Source: an uncultured Actinomycetota bacterium (GTDB lineage: Bacteria > Actinomycetota > Acidimicrobiia > Acidimicrobiales > Bog-793). Taken from it: a stretch of DNA of 64,000 nt. Of the stretch, positions 20,500 through 28,935 are shown piece by piece; position 1 is the stretch's first letter; each line of letters opens with the position of its first letter. A model generated the notes under the pieces. The model had not been told where the DNA came from. It did no database searches and saw nothing but the letters and a program-made list of their open reading frames with translations. The stretch is taken from positions 1,528,884 to 1,592,883 of the forward strand of contig CAVTJR010000003.1 in assembly GCA_963735115.1 (NCBI GenBank). The letters run 5' to 3'. The position numbers and the translations under genes were made by a program.

Positions 20500-20598
20500 G
20501 GCTCCATTCTCCCACTGCCCTGATCGGCGGCGCGCCCCACCTGGCCGGCGCCGAGAAGTGCCTCGTTCCATGATCGCTCGGCCGTGGGCGCCTAGGTA

Positions 20599-20661
20599 GG
20601 GGCGAAGGACCCTAAGGCAGCCCCACGGGCTTTCGCCTGCTCCTAAAGGGTCCTTCGGCCC
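20599..20661. promoter_or_regulatory. Pair of DevR/DosR-like boxes in a divergent promoter
   Basis: TA-GGGGCGAAGGACCC-TAA (20599-20612) with minus-strand GATCAT 23 nt away, and GGGTCCTTCGGCCC (20648-20661) with plus-strand TACCCT 23 nt away. Confidence 0.75.
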
Positions 20662-20766
20662 TTCAGGCCGCCCGCCCTCATCTTTACCCTTCGGTTACAA
20701 GCAGCGTTACCAGCCCTCCATCAACACCGAGGTTGGGGGGGAGGTCGACCGGGAGAGGAGTCGCGA

Positions 20767-21996
20767 ATGCCGCCGGAGGGCTCGCAGTCTCGATGGGCGC
20801 AGCGACGCACGAGCTGGGAGCGCTTCCTCCTCAGCTGGTTCGCCCTCCCCGGGTCGCTGCTGGCGGCACTCCTCCTCGGCGCCCTCATGATGGCCGTGCT
20901 CGGCGCCAACCCGCTCACGGGTTACCACGCCCTCTTCGACGGTGCCTTCGTGGGCAGCTACGCCCTCGGCGCTACCGCCGTGAGGGCTGCTCCGCTCCTT
21001 CTCGTCGGGGTCGGAATCTGCATCTCGTTTCGCGCCAGCATGCTCAACATCGGCGGCGAGGGCCAGCTGGCGATGGGCGGCCTCGCCTGCGCGGCGACCG
21101 CCCTCGCCCTCCCGAACCTGCCGAGCATCGTGCTCATCCCCCTCGTGCTCCTCGCCGGCGCGGCCGGCGGGGCCATCTGGGGCGCCATCCCGGGCGCCTT
21201 CAAGGCCTATTTCAACGTCAACGAGATTCTCAGCACGATCATGCTCAACCTCGTCGCCGTGCAGATCATGAACTACCTCTTGGCGGGCCCCATGGTTGAC
21301 AACACCCAGAACTCGACCTATGGCCTCATCCCGGAGACACGGCTCCTCTCCTCCCACTCCTGGCTGCCGATTCTCATCCCCGGAACCCAGCTCCATCTCG
21401 GCGTCGTCATCGCTGTCGTCGTTGCCGGGGGTGCCTACGTGCTGCTTTTTCACACCGGCGTGGGGTTCCGGCTGCGCGCCGTCGGGATCTCGCGCGAAGC
21501 CGCCAATTACGCCGGCATCAAGGTGAAGCGGACGATGGTGTTGGCAATGACCCTCAGCGGGGCGATGTGCGGTCTCGGGGGGGCGATGCTCGTCATCGGG
21601 AGCATCTCGCACAGGATGGTGACCGACGGGAGCCTCACCGGCTTCACCGGCTCTGACGGCTTCAACGGCATCGTCGTGGCTCTCTTCGGCGGGCTCAGCC
21701 CCCTCTGGAGTGTCGTCTCTGCCTTCCTCTTCGGAGGGCTGCTCACCGGCGGCGACGCTCTCCAGGTGGCCACGGGCGTGCCGGCCGACATGGTGACGGC
21801 CCTCGAAGGCCTCGTCGTGGTGTTCGTCGTATCGCTCGAGTACATGAGGCGCCGGGCCCGCACGGCCGCCTTGGCCCCGCCGGTGACGCCCTCGCGCTCA
21901 TCGCGGGCAAAAGACGATGTCCCTCCGCTCGTCGGGGTGGGACGGGCCCCAGGGCTCGGCTCGCACGAGGCCTCCAGGACGGGAGCGTCACCGTGA
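20767..21996 (+). CDS. Nucleoside/purine ABC transporter permease (CUT2, BMP-associated)
   Basis: NIGGEGQ, NEILSTIMLN, GFRLRAVG...AANYAGI, GFNGIVVALFG; multiple hydrophobic helices. Confidence 0.9.
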   Translation: MPPEGSQSRWAQRRTSWERFLLSWFALPGSLLAALLLGALMMAVLGANPLTGYHALFDGAFVGSYALGATAVRAAPLLLVGVGICISFRASMLNIGGEGQLAMGGLACAATALALPNLPSIVLIPLVLLAGAAGGAIWGAIPGAFKAYFNVNEILSTIMLNLVAVQIMNYLLAGPMVDNTQNSTYGLIPETRLLSSHSWLPILIPGTQLHLGVVIAVVVAGGAYVLLFHTGVGFRLRAVGISREAANYAGIKVKRTMVLAMTLSGAMCGLGGAMLVIGSISHRMVTDGSLTGFTGSDGFNGIVVALFGGLSPLWSVVSAFLFGGLLTGGDALQVATGVPADMVTALEGLVVVFVVSLEYMRRRARTAALAPPVTPSRSSRAKDDVPPLVGVGRAPGLGSHEASRTGASP

Positions 21997-22925
21997 GCCA
22001 CTTCTTCACCTACGCCGTCCTCACCTCCACGGTGGCCGCCGCCATCGCCCTCGCCAGCCCGTTCCTGCTGGCCTCCCTCGGCGAGACGATGGGCCAGCGA
22101 AGCGGCGTCATCAACCTCGGTGTCGACGGGATCATGCTGCTGTCGGCCTTCTCGACCTACTTCGTGGCCCTCAAGACGGGCAGCCTCCTGTTCGGGGTCC
22201 TCGCCGGCGTCGGGGTCGGGATGGTGATGGGCGTCATCACCGCCTTCATCTCTGTCACCTTGAAAGCCGAACAGGGCATCAGCGGCATCGGGATCTACCT
22301 CTTCGGCCTCGGCTTCAGTGATCTGCTGTTCATCAAGCTCGTGGGCACACCGCTGCCCATCAACGAGCTGACTCCGATCGGCATCCCCCTGCTCGACCGC
22401 ATCCCCGCTGTCGGGAACATGCTGTTCAAGCAGACGATCCTCGTCTACCTGGCCTTCCTGCTCGTCCCCGTGTTCGCCTTCGTGCTGAACCGCACGACCT
22501 ACGGCCTCAAGATCCGCGCCTGCGGGGAGAACCCGGCCGCCGCCGACACCGTCGGCATCAGCGTGGCGCGCATCCGTTGGTCGACCGTGCTCATCGGCTG
22601 CACGATGGCGGGTCTGGCGGGCGCCGCCTTGCTCCTCTACGACGGGATCTTCATGGAGAACCTCACGCAGAGCGAGGGGTTCATCGCCGTGGCGCTCGTG
22701 TACTTCGGTGCCTGGCGCCCCCTCGGCGTCATGGGCGGCTCCGTCCTCTACGGGTTCACGATCGCCGTCGTCCTCGAGTGGAAGTCGCTCGGCATCATCC
22801 CGCTCAGCGCCTCCGATCTCGCCGCCACGGCTCCGGCCGTCATCACGATCCTGGCCTTGTTGCTGGTGGCTCGCCGCTTCCGGCAGCCCGCCGTCCTCGG
22901 CAAGCCCTACGAGAGAGGAGGTTGA
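21993..22925 (+). CDS. Nucleoside/purine ABC transporter permease 2
   Basis: SGVINLGVDG, GLKIRACGENPAAADTVGISV, GFIAVALVYFGAWRP, LGKPYER. Confidence 0.9.
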   Translation: MSHFFTYAVLTSTVAAAIALASPFLLASLGETMGQRSGVINLGVDGIMLLSAFSTYFVALKTGSLLFGVLAGVGVGMVMGVITAFISVTLKAEQGISGIGIYLFGLGFSDLLFIKLVGTPLPINELTPIGIPLLDRIPAVGNMLFKQTILVYLAFLLVPVFAFVLNRTTYGLKIRACGENPAAADTVGISVARIRWSTVLIGCTMAGLAGAALLLYDGIFMENLTQSEGFIAVALVYFGAWRPLGVMGGSVLYGFTIAVVLEWKSLGIIPLSASDLAATAPAVITILALLLVARRFRQPAVLGKPYERGG

Positions 22926-23027
22926 TGCCCCCCGCACGTGTCTTCCCATCTACTCGGGGCCGGCCGCCCCTGCGGTCGCCCACCTCGACACATTCAGTTC
23001 AGTCCGAACCCTAAGAAAGGAATGACA

Positions 23028-24047
23028 ATGCATGCACATCTGACCAAGAAGGTCGGCGTGCTGCTCGTCGCAATCGGTGTGGCCCTCGGCCTGGCCGCCT
23101 GCGGGAGCACCGCCTCGACCAGCACGACCACCACCAAAGCCTCTTCATCTGCGCCAAAGGTGTTCAAGGTGGCTCTGATCGCTCCGAGTGCCACCAACGA
23201 CCTGGCGTTCACGGAGTCGATGTACAACGCCCTCGAGGGCCTCAAGACGACTGAGAACCTGCAAATCTCGGTCTCGGCCAACGAATTCATCGTGGCAGAC
23301 GCCGCCAACATCATCCGCGAGTACGCCTCGGAGGGGTACAACCTCGTGATCGCGCACGGATCCCAGTACGGCTCGACAATCGAGCAGCTGGCTCCGCAGT
23401 TCCCGAAGGTGTCGTTCGCCTGGGGCACGGCCGGCTCGACGTTCGGCTTGCCGAACGTCTTTGCCTACGAGGCCAGCTCGAACGAAGGCGGCTACGTGCA
23501 GGGGTACATGGCAGCGCTGTTGAGCAAGTCGCACGTGCTCGGAGTCATCGGGCCGATCGCGACGGGCGATGCCAAGCTGTACGTTGACGGCTTCGTCGCC
23601 GGGGCCAAAGCGGCCGATCCGACGATCACCGACCACCCCGTGTACACGGGCTCCTTCAGTGACGACAGCCTGATGGCCACGGCCGCCAAGACGTTCGTCT
23701 CCGACGGTGCTGATGTCCTCACGGGCAGCTCGCAGTCGGTCGTGGGAGCCATCGGTGTCGCTCGCGCTGACCACCTCCCCTGGTTCAGCACGCAGTGGAG
23801 CCAGGCGACCCTGGCGCCGAGCAACGTCGTGTCGGCGCAGGTCTACAACTGGACGCCCGTCCTCACCCAGATGATCACGGAGATCCGTTCGGGCAAGCTC
23901 GGCGACGCCACGTACGTCATCGGGCTCGGCAACGGCGGTGAGCAGATCGTCTTCAACCCGGGCTACAAGCTCCCGGCATCGGTGAAGGCCAAGGCGCAGA
24001 AGCTCATCACCGACATCACCAACGGGTCCCTCACGGTTCCTCAGTGA
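23028..24047 (+). CDS. BMP family (PnrA/Med-like) purine nucleoside-binding lipoprotein
   Basis: Signal peptide with lipobox LAAC, Thr/Ser linker, GYNLVIAHGSQY, EGGYVQGYMAA; AAAGGA RBS. Confidence 0.88.
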   Translation: MHAHLTKKVGVLLVAIGVALGLAACGSTASTSTTTTKASSSAPKVFKVALIAPSATNDLAFTESMYNALEGLKTTENLQISVSANEFIVADAANIIREYASEGYNLVIAHGSQYGSTIEQLAPQFPKVSFAWGTAGSTFGLPNVFAYEASSNEGGYVQGYMAALLSKSHVLGVIGPIATGDAKLYVDGFVAGAKAADPTITDHPVYTGSFSDDSLMATAAKTFVSDGADVLTGSSQSVVGAIGVARADHLPWFSTQWSQATLAPSNVVSAQVYNWTPVLTQMITEIRSGKLGDATYVIGLGNGGEQIVFNPGYKLPASVKAKAQKLITDITNGSLTVPQ

Positions 24048-25696
24048 TCGCAGGAAGCGACGGTACGGAGGCCACAGTGGCAACCACGAGCAACAGCCCT
24101 ACGGCTACCGCTACCGCGACCGCCCATCCGGAGGAGGCAGTACCGCTCCTCCGGATGAGCAGCATCACCAAGCGCTTCCCCGGCGTGCTCGCCAACGACG
24201 ACGTGGACTTCGATGTCCGAGCCGGCGAGGTCCACACGCTCTTCGGAGAGAACGGCGCCGGCAAGAGCACGCTCATGCGCATCCTCTACGGCCTCTACCG
24301 CCCCGACTCGGGCGAGATCCGCGTCCACGGCGAGGCCGTCCAGATCTCCTCGCCGGCCGCCGCCATCCGCCATGGCATCGGCATGATCCACCAGCACTTC
24401 ATGCTCGTGAACACCTTGACCGTGGTCGAGAACGTCGCCCTCGGGCTGAAATCGTCCCGCGGTCCGCTCACGGACCTCGGCAAGGTCTCGGTACGCCTCG
24501 AGGAGCTCGCCGAGCGGCACGGGCTCGAGGTCGACCCTCATGCCCTTATCTGGCAGCTCTCGGTCGGCGAGCGCCAGCGCGTCGAGATCCTGAAGGCGCT
24601 CTACCGCGACGTCGGTCTCCTCGTCCTCGACGAGCCGACTGCCGTGCTCACCCCGAACGAGGTCGACGATCTCTTCCGGGTCCTCCGCCAGCTTGCCGCG
24701 AGCGGACGAGGGCTCGTGTTCATCTCCCACAAGGTGAACGAAGTGCTCGAGATCTCCGACCGCATCACCGTCCTTCGCGCCGGCAAGCGCATCGGCACGG
24801 TCTCCAGGGCGGAAGCCTCACAAAGCCGGCTCGTCGAGATGATGGTGGGGCACGACCTGTCCGCCGATGTGCGACCGACGGCCGCCGCTGCAGGCGAGAG
24901 ACGTCTCGTCGTGCGCGACCTCACGGTGAAGGGAGACCGCGGGCAGGACGCCGTACGCGGGCTCGATCTCGAAGTCGACGCCGGCGAGATCGTCGGGATC
25001 GCCGGAGTGTCAGGCAACGGCCAGCGTGAGTTCGCCGAGTCGGTCGCCGGCATTCGTGCCCCTACGAGCGGCTCGATCCTCCTCGGCGGGAGCGAGGTAG
25101 CCGGCGCCCCGCCTGCCCAGGTGCGGGCTGCCGGGCTTGCTTATGTCCCCGAGGAGCGCATGCGCGACGGCATCGTTGCAGATTTCACCGTCGCCGAGAA
25201 CCTCATGCTCGTGGACAACAACAAGCCGAGCTTCTCCCGGCTCGGGTTTCTCCGCAGCCGCGTGATCAAGCGACACTGCCAGGAGCTCGTCGACGCCTTC
25301 GACGTGAGAACGCCGAGTCTCGACACGCCGGCACGCAACCTCTCCGGTGGCAACATTCAAAAGCTCATCATGGCCCGGGAGCTATCCGGCCAACCTCGCC
25401 TGCTGCTCGTCGCCCAACCGACGCGGGGGATCGACGTCAGTGCCGCCCAGTACATCCACCGGCGGCTCGTCGAACAGCGCGACGCCGGTACGGCCGTGCT
25501 CATCATCTCCGAGGATCTCGACGAGGTGATGTCGATCTCCGATCGCATCCTCGTGATGTACGAGGGCCGGATCATCGGCTCCGCCGACCCGCGCACGAGT
25601 ACGCGTGAAGCCATCGGCCTCATGATGGCCGGCATCGAAGCCGAGCAGTCGGAGGAGGCTGCGGCCGCTGTCGAGCCGGTGAGCGTCGATCGCTGA
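24044..25696 (+). CDS. ABC transporter ATP-binding protein, double ATPase domain
   Basis: GENGAGKST, LSVGERQRVEI, LDEPT, GVSGNGQ, LSGGNIQK, AQPTRGID. Start uncertain. Confidence 0.93.
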   Translation: MIAGSDGTEATVATTSNSPTATATATAHPEEAVPLLRMSSITKRFPGVLANDDVDFDVRAGEVHTLFGENGAGKSTLMRILYGLYRPDSGEIRVHGEAVQISSPAAAIRHGIGMIHQHFMLVNTLTVVENVALGLKSSRGPLTDLGKVSVRLEELAERHGLEVDPHALIWQLSVGERQRVEILKALYRDVGLLVLDEPTAVLTPNEVDDLFRVLRQLAASGRGLVFISHKVNEVLEISDRITVLRAGKRIGTVSRAEASQSRLVEMMVGHDLSADVRPTAAAAGERRLVVRDLTVKGDRGQDAVRGLDLEVDAGEIVGIAGVSGNGQREFAESVAGIRAPTSGSILLGGSEVAGAPPAQVRAAGLAYVPEERMRDGIVADFTVAENLMLVDNNKPSFSRLGFLRSRVIKRHCQELVDAFDVRTPSLDTPARNLSGGNIQKLIMARELSGQPRLLLVAQPTRGIDVSAAQYIHRRLVEQRDAGTAVLIISEDLDEVMSISDRILVMYEGRIIGSADPRTSTREAIGLMMAGIEAEQSEEAAAAVEPVSVDR

Positions 25697-25801
25697 GCAG
25701 CCGGCTTTGCCGGCGTCCTGGTCTGCCGACGGCGGCACTTGGTCCAGTGGCAGGCTCCAAAACGGCTCGTCTCCGACACCACAGGCGTGCGGCCGAGAAC
25801 C

Positions 25802-25843
25802 TGGTAGTGAGTTCCGGTCACATATGCGTGCAACCGACTACCA
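25802..25843. repeat. Imperfect intergenic palindrome (REP-like)
   Basis: TGGTAGT...CACATATGCGTG...ACTACCA between convergent genes; single copy in this window. Confidence 0.35.
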
Positions 25844-25909
25844 CGTCGGGCGGCAAACGGCTCCCACCGGTGTGCGCGATCGGCGAGACACGAGAGACAA
25901 CATTCGGCC

Positions 25910-26863
25910 TCAGCCCGGCACGAAACGCGTGCCCGTCTCGCCTGCGAGGGCCCTCTCGACGTTGGCGGGATCGGTCACGATGGCTTCCGTGCCACCCGCG
26001 TCGAGGTAATTGAGGACGGCCTGGATCTTCGGCGCCATGCTGCCGGCGGCAAAGTGGGTACCCTCCGCCAGGTACGCCCTCGCCTCGGATGCGGTCAAGC
26101 GGTCCACGAAACGCTGCTCCGGTCGTCCGAAGCTGAGCGCCACCTGCTCGACCGCCGTCGAGATGAGGAGGAGGTCGGCGCCAAGGTTGGTGGCCAGCAG
26201 CGCCGAAGCGAGGTCCTTGTCGATGACGGCCGCGACCCCCTCGAGATCGCCGTCCTCTTTGCAGACAACCGGAATGCCGCCCCCGCCGGCGGTGACCACG
26301 ACGATGCCGGCCTCGACGAGCGTGCGGATGGCAGGCATCTCGACGATCCGCACCGGAGTGGGAGAGGCGACGACGCGGCGCCAACCGCGGTTGGCATCTT
26401 CGATGAGCTCCCAGCCCTGCTGCCGTCGGCGCTCTGCCATCGCCTCGTCCATGAACGACCCGATCGGCTTGCTCGGATGGCTGAAGGCAGGGTCGTCGGC
26501 TCTCACCTCCACCTGGCAGATGACGGTGGCTGCGTTGCGATCCATGCCGAAGCGGCGGAACTCGTTGCAGAGGTTCTGCTGCAGGGCATATCCGATGGCA
26601 CCTTGCGTGTCGGCCCCGCACACGTCGAGGGGAACCTCGTGCAGCTCGCTCGCCGCCAGCTCGGAACGTCGCAGGATGAAGCCGACCTGGGGCCCGTTGC
26701 CGTGGGCGATGACGACGTTCCAGCCGGCGCGGATCATCCCGACGATGTGGTGGCAGGTTTCTTTGGCGGCGATGTACTGATCTTGCACCGATTCGTGCTG
26801 CTTGTCCTTGATGAGTGAGTTGCCACCGATGGCGACGACGGCCGTGCGGCTCGCTGTGTCCAT
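25910..26863 (-). CDS. arcC: Carbamate kinase (ArcC/YqeA)
   Basis: VVAIGGNSL, HGNGPQVG, ADTQGAIGY, KPIGSF, WRRVVASP, GGGGIPV, AVIDKD, GSMAPK. Confidence 0.96.
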   Translation of the reverse strand: MDTASRTAVVAIGGNSLIKDKQHESVQDQYIAAKETCHHIVGMIRAGWNVVIAHGNGPQVGFILRRSELAASELHEVPLDVCGADTQGAIGYALQQNLCNEFRRFGMDRNAATVICQVEVRADDPAFSHPSKPIGSFMDEAMAERRRQQGWELIEDANRGWRRVVASPTPVRIVEMPAIRTLVEAGIVVVTAGGGGIPVVCKEDGDLEGVAAVIDKDLASALLATNLGADLLLISTAVEQVALSFGRPEQRFVDRLTASEARAYLAEGTHFAAGSMAPKIQAVLNYLDAGGTEAIVTDPANVERALAGETGTRFVPG

Positions 26864-26866
26864 GGG

Positions 26867-27844
26867 TCAGCTCATCGTGAGCGCCATCACTGCCTTCTGG
26901 CCGTGGAGGCGGTTCTCGGCTTGGTCGTAGACGATGGACTGCGGCCCGTCGATGACCTCGTCGGTCACCTCGACGTTGCGATCGGCAGGCAGCGGGTGCA
27001 TGAAGACGGCATCTTCGTTGGCCGTCTTCATGTGGCGGGCGTCTGTCATCCACGAGTGGTACTGGTTGATGAGACGTGTGTCTTCGGCCTCGTCGGGTGT
27101 GGTCACCATGGCACCCCAGCTCTTGGCGTAGACGACGTCGGTGCCGACGAAACCCGCCTCGAAGTCGTCCATGAGCTCGAACCCGGCGTGCCCGATGCGA
27201 GCGTTCTCCCTCGCCTGCTCGACGATCTCGGGCATGAGTGAGAACTCGGGTGGGTGCACGAGGCGAACGTTCATGCCGAAGCGGGGCAGCAGGAGCACGA
27301 GGCTCTGGGCGACGCTGACGGGCTTCAAGTAGGAGGGGTCGTGCGCCCAGGAGATCGTGGCGGTCTTGCCTCGCGGGTCGCCGAAGCGCTCGATGATCGT
27401 CATGAGGTCGCCGAGCGCCTGATGGGGGTGGTAGACGTCGCATTGCATGTTGAGGACCGGAACCCTGCTCGCCTCGGCGACGTCGCGCAGGTACTGGTTC
27501 CCCACGCCGAAGTCACAGTGGCGGATGGCGATGCCGTCGTTGTAGCGGCCGAGGATCTCGCCGATCTCCTTCGGAGTGTCCCCGTGGGCGATCTGGGTAG
27601 TACGGCTCTCGATGAACTGGGCGTGGCCGCCGAGCTGGGCCATGCCGGCTTCGAAGGAGGCCCGCGTGCGCGTGCTCGAGAAGAAGAAGAGCATGGCGAG
27701 GACCTTGTCGCGAAGGAGCGGGTGGCCGATGCCGAGGGCGCGCTCGCGCTTCAAGTGGAAGGCGATGTCGAGCAGCGTGTCGACTTCGTCCTTCGTCCAC
27801 TCCTGCAGGTCGATGAGGTCGCGTCCGCGAAGGTGTGTCTGCAT
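26867..27844 (-). CDS. YgeW-like (ornithine/knotted-type) carbamoyltransferase
   Basis: SSTRTRASFE, HPHQ, SWAHDPSYLKPVSVAQSL (resembles YgeW WAYSPSYGKPLSVPQ), YAKSW, HPLPADR, QAENR. Confidence 0.8.
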   Translation of the reverse strand: MQTHLRGRDLIDLQEWTKDEVDTLLDIAFHLKRERALGIGHPLLRDKVLAMLFFFSSTRTRASFEAGMAQLGGHAQFIESRTTQIAHGDTPKEIGEILGRYNDGIAIRHCDFGVGNQYLRDVAEASRVPVLNMQCDVYHPHQALGDLMTIIERFGDPRGKTATISWAHDPSYLKPVSVAQSLVLLLPRFGMNVRLVHPPEFSLMPEIVEQARENARIGHAGFELMDDFEAGFVGTDVVYAKSWGAMVTTPDEAEDTRLINQYHSWMTDARHMKTANEDAVFMHPLPADRNVEVTDEVIDGPQSIVYDQAENRLHGQKAVMALTMS

Positions 27845-27848
27845 CGGT

Positions 27849-28802
27849 TTACTCCATTGCTCCCAGCACGAGGGACAGAAGGGACATGCGCATGACGACG
27901 CCGTTGAAGGCCTCCACCCAGTAGCGGGCGTGCCGCGTGCTGTCGACGTCCGGCGGCAGCTCGTCCATGCGGGGGAGGGAGTGGAGGATGATGGCGTCGG
28001 ACTTCGCCTTCGCCGCCAGCAGCTCTCGGGTGACGCGGTAGGCCGCCGGCGTGCCGCCGCGCTCCCCGCTCGCTTCCACCCGCGACTGGGTGTAGTCGGC
28101 CTGCACGACCGGCTCCATGTAGATCACGTCGGCGTCGGCGATGCAGGCCTCGACGCTCTCGGCCTCGCGGTATTGCACGCTGCGCTCGTCGAGCTCCGAC
28201 TTGAACTCGTCAGTGAGCGACATGTCCTCCGGCGAGACGACGAAACCCTCGAGGTCGAACTGCGACATCGCATACAGGATCGAGTGCATCGTCCGCATCC
28301 TCATGTCCCCGACGAGCAACATTTTCAAGCCGTCAAGGCCACCGCGTGCCTGCCAGATCGTGTAGAGGTCGGTGAGCACTTGCGTCGGGTGCTCACCCCA
28401 GCCGTCGCCGCAGTTGATCACCGGGACCGACGCCCAGCGGGCGGCCTCCTCCGGCGCCCCCTGCTGGAAGTGGCGCATGGCGATGACGTCGCCGTAGTAC
28501 TCCAGCATGTGGACGGTGTCCTTGATGGACTCCTGGTAGAAGTCGCCGGCTCGCGTCATCTTGGCATCGGAGAAACCGAGCACATGGCCGCCGAGCCGGT
28601 GCATGGCCGCCTCCGTCGCCAGCCGAGTGCGGGTGCTCGGCTGGTAGAAGGCCGTCAGCAGCGTCTTGTGCTTGAGGAGATCCCCGTTCCGCCGTTCCGC
28701 CGCGTACGGTCGCAAGCGGTCCGCCACCCGGAAAATCTGGAAGAACTCCTCACGCTCCATGTCTTTGAGGGACAGAATGTCCCGACCGAGAAAACTTCGC
28801 AT
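27849..28802 (-). CDS. Aspartate carbamoyltransferase-like protein (second transcarbamylase)
   Basis: PSTRTRL, ESIKDT, MRHF, INCGDGWGEHPTQVLTDLYTI, VGDMRMRTMHS, HSLPRMDEL. Confidence 0.85.
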   Translation of the reverse strand: MRSFLGRDILSLKDMEREEFFQIFRVADRLRPYAAERRNGDLLKHKTLLTAFYQPSTRTRLATEAAMHRLGGHVLGFSDAKMTRAGDFYQESIKDTVHMLEYYGDVIAMRHFQQGAPEEAARWASVPVINCGDGWGEHPTQVLTDLYTIWQARGGLDGLKMLLVGDMRMRTMHSILYAMSQFDLEGFVVSPEDMSLTDEFKSELDERSVQYREAESVEACIADADVIYMEPVVQADYTQSRVEASGERGGTPAAYRVTRELLAAKAKSDAIILHSLPRMDELPPDVDSTRHARYWVEAFNGVVMRMSLLSLVLGAME

Positions 28803-28838
28803 GCATGCATCTTGCCTGCTCCGGAATGTGCCGAGCTA

Positions 28839-28852
28839 GGGCCTTTCGGCCC
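28839..28852 (-). promoter_or_regulatory. DevR/DosR-like box upstream of the transcarbamylase-carbamate kinase operon
   Basis: TA-GGGCCTTTCGGCCC; minus-strand CAAGAT 24 nt away, 6 nt before the ATG at 28802, consistent with a leaderless transcript. Confidence 0.75.
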
Positions 28853-28935
28853 GATTGTCGCCCTCGGCGCGCCGATACAGTTGCCTGGCCAGCACGGACG
28901 GCTGGGCGCAGCGACGAATCGGAAGGACGCCATCG

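Noticed and set aside
17974-20523. 849-aa plus-strand ORF and other long antisense ORFs (e.g. 36673-37971, 34705-36432, 38916-41015, 50460-52400)
   Set aside because: Shadow frames of well-supported genes in high-GC DNA; no recognisable motifs.
25910-28802. Arginine deiminase pathway or pyrimidine biosynthesis operon
   Set aside because: No arcA/arcD and no pyrC/pyrD/carAB; the transcarbamylase motifs and context fit ureide catabolism better.
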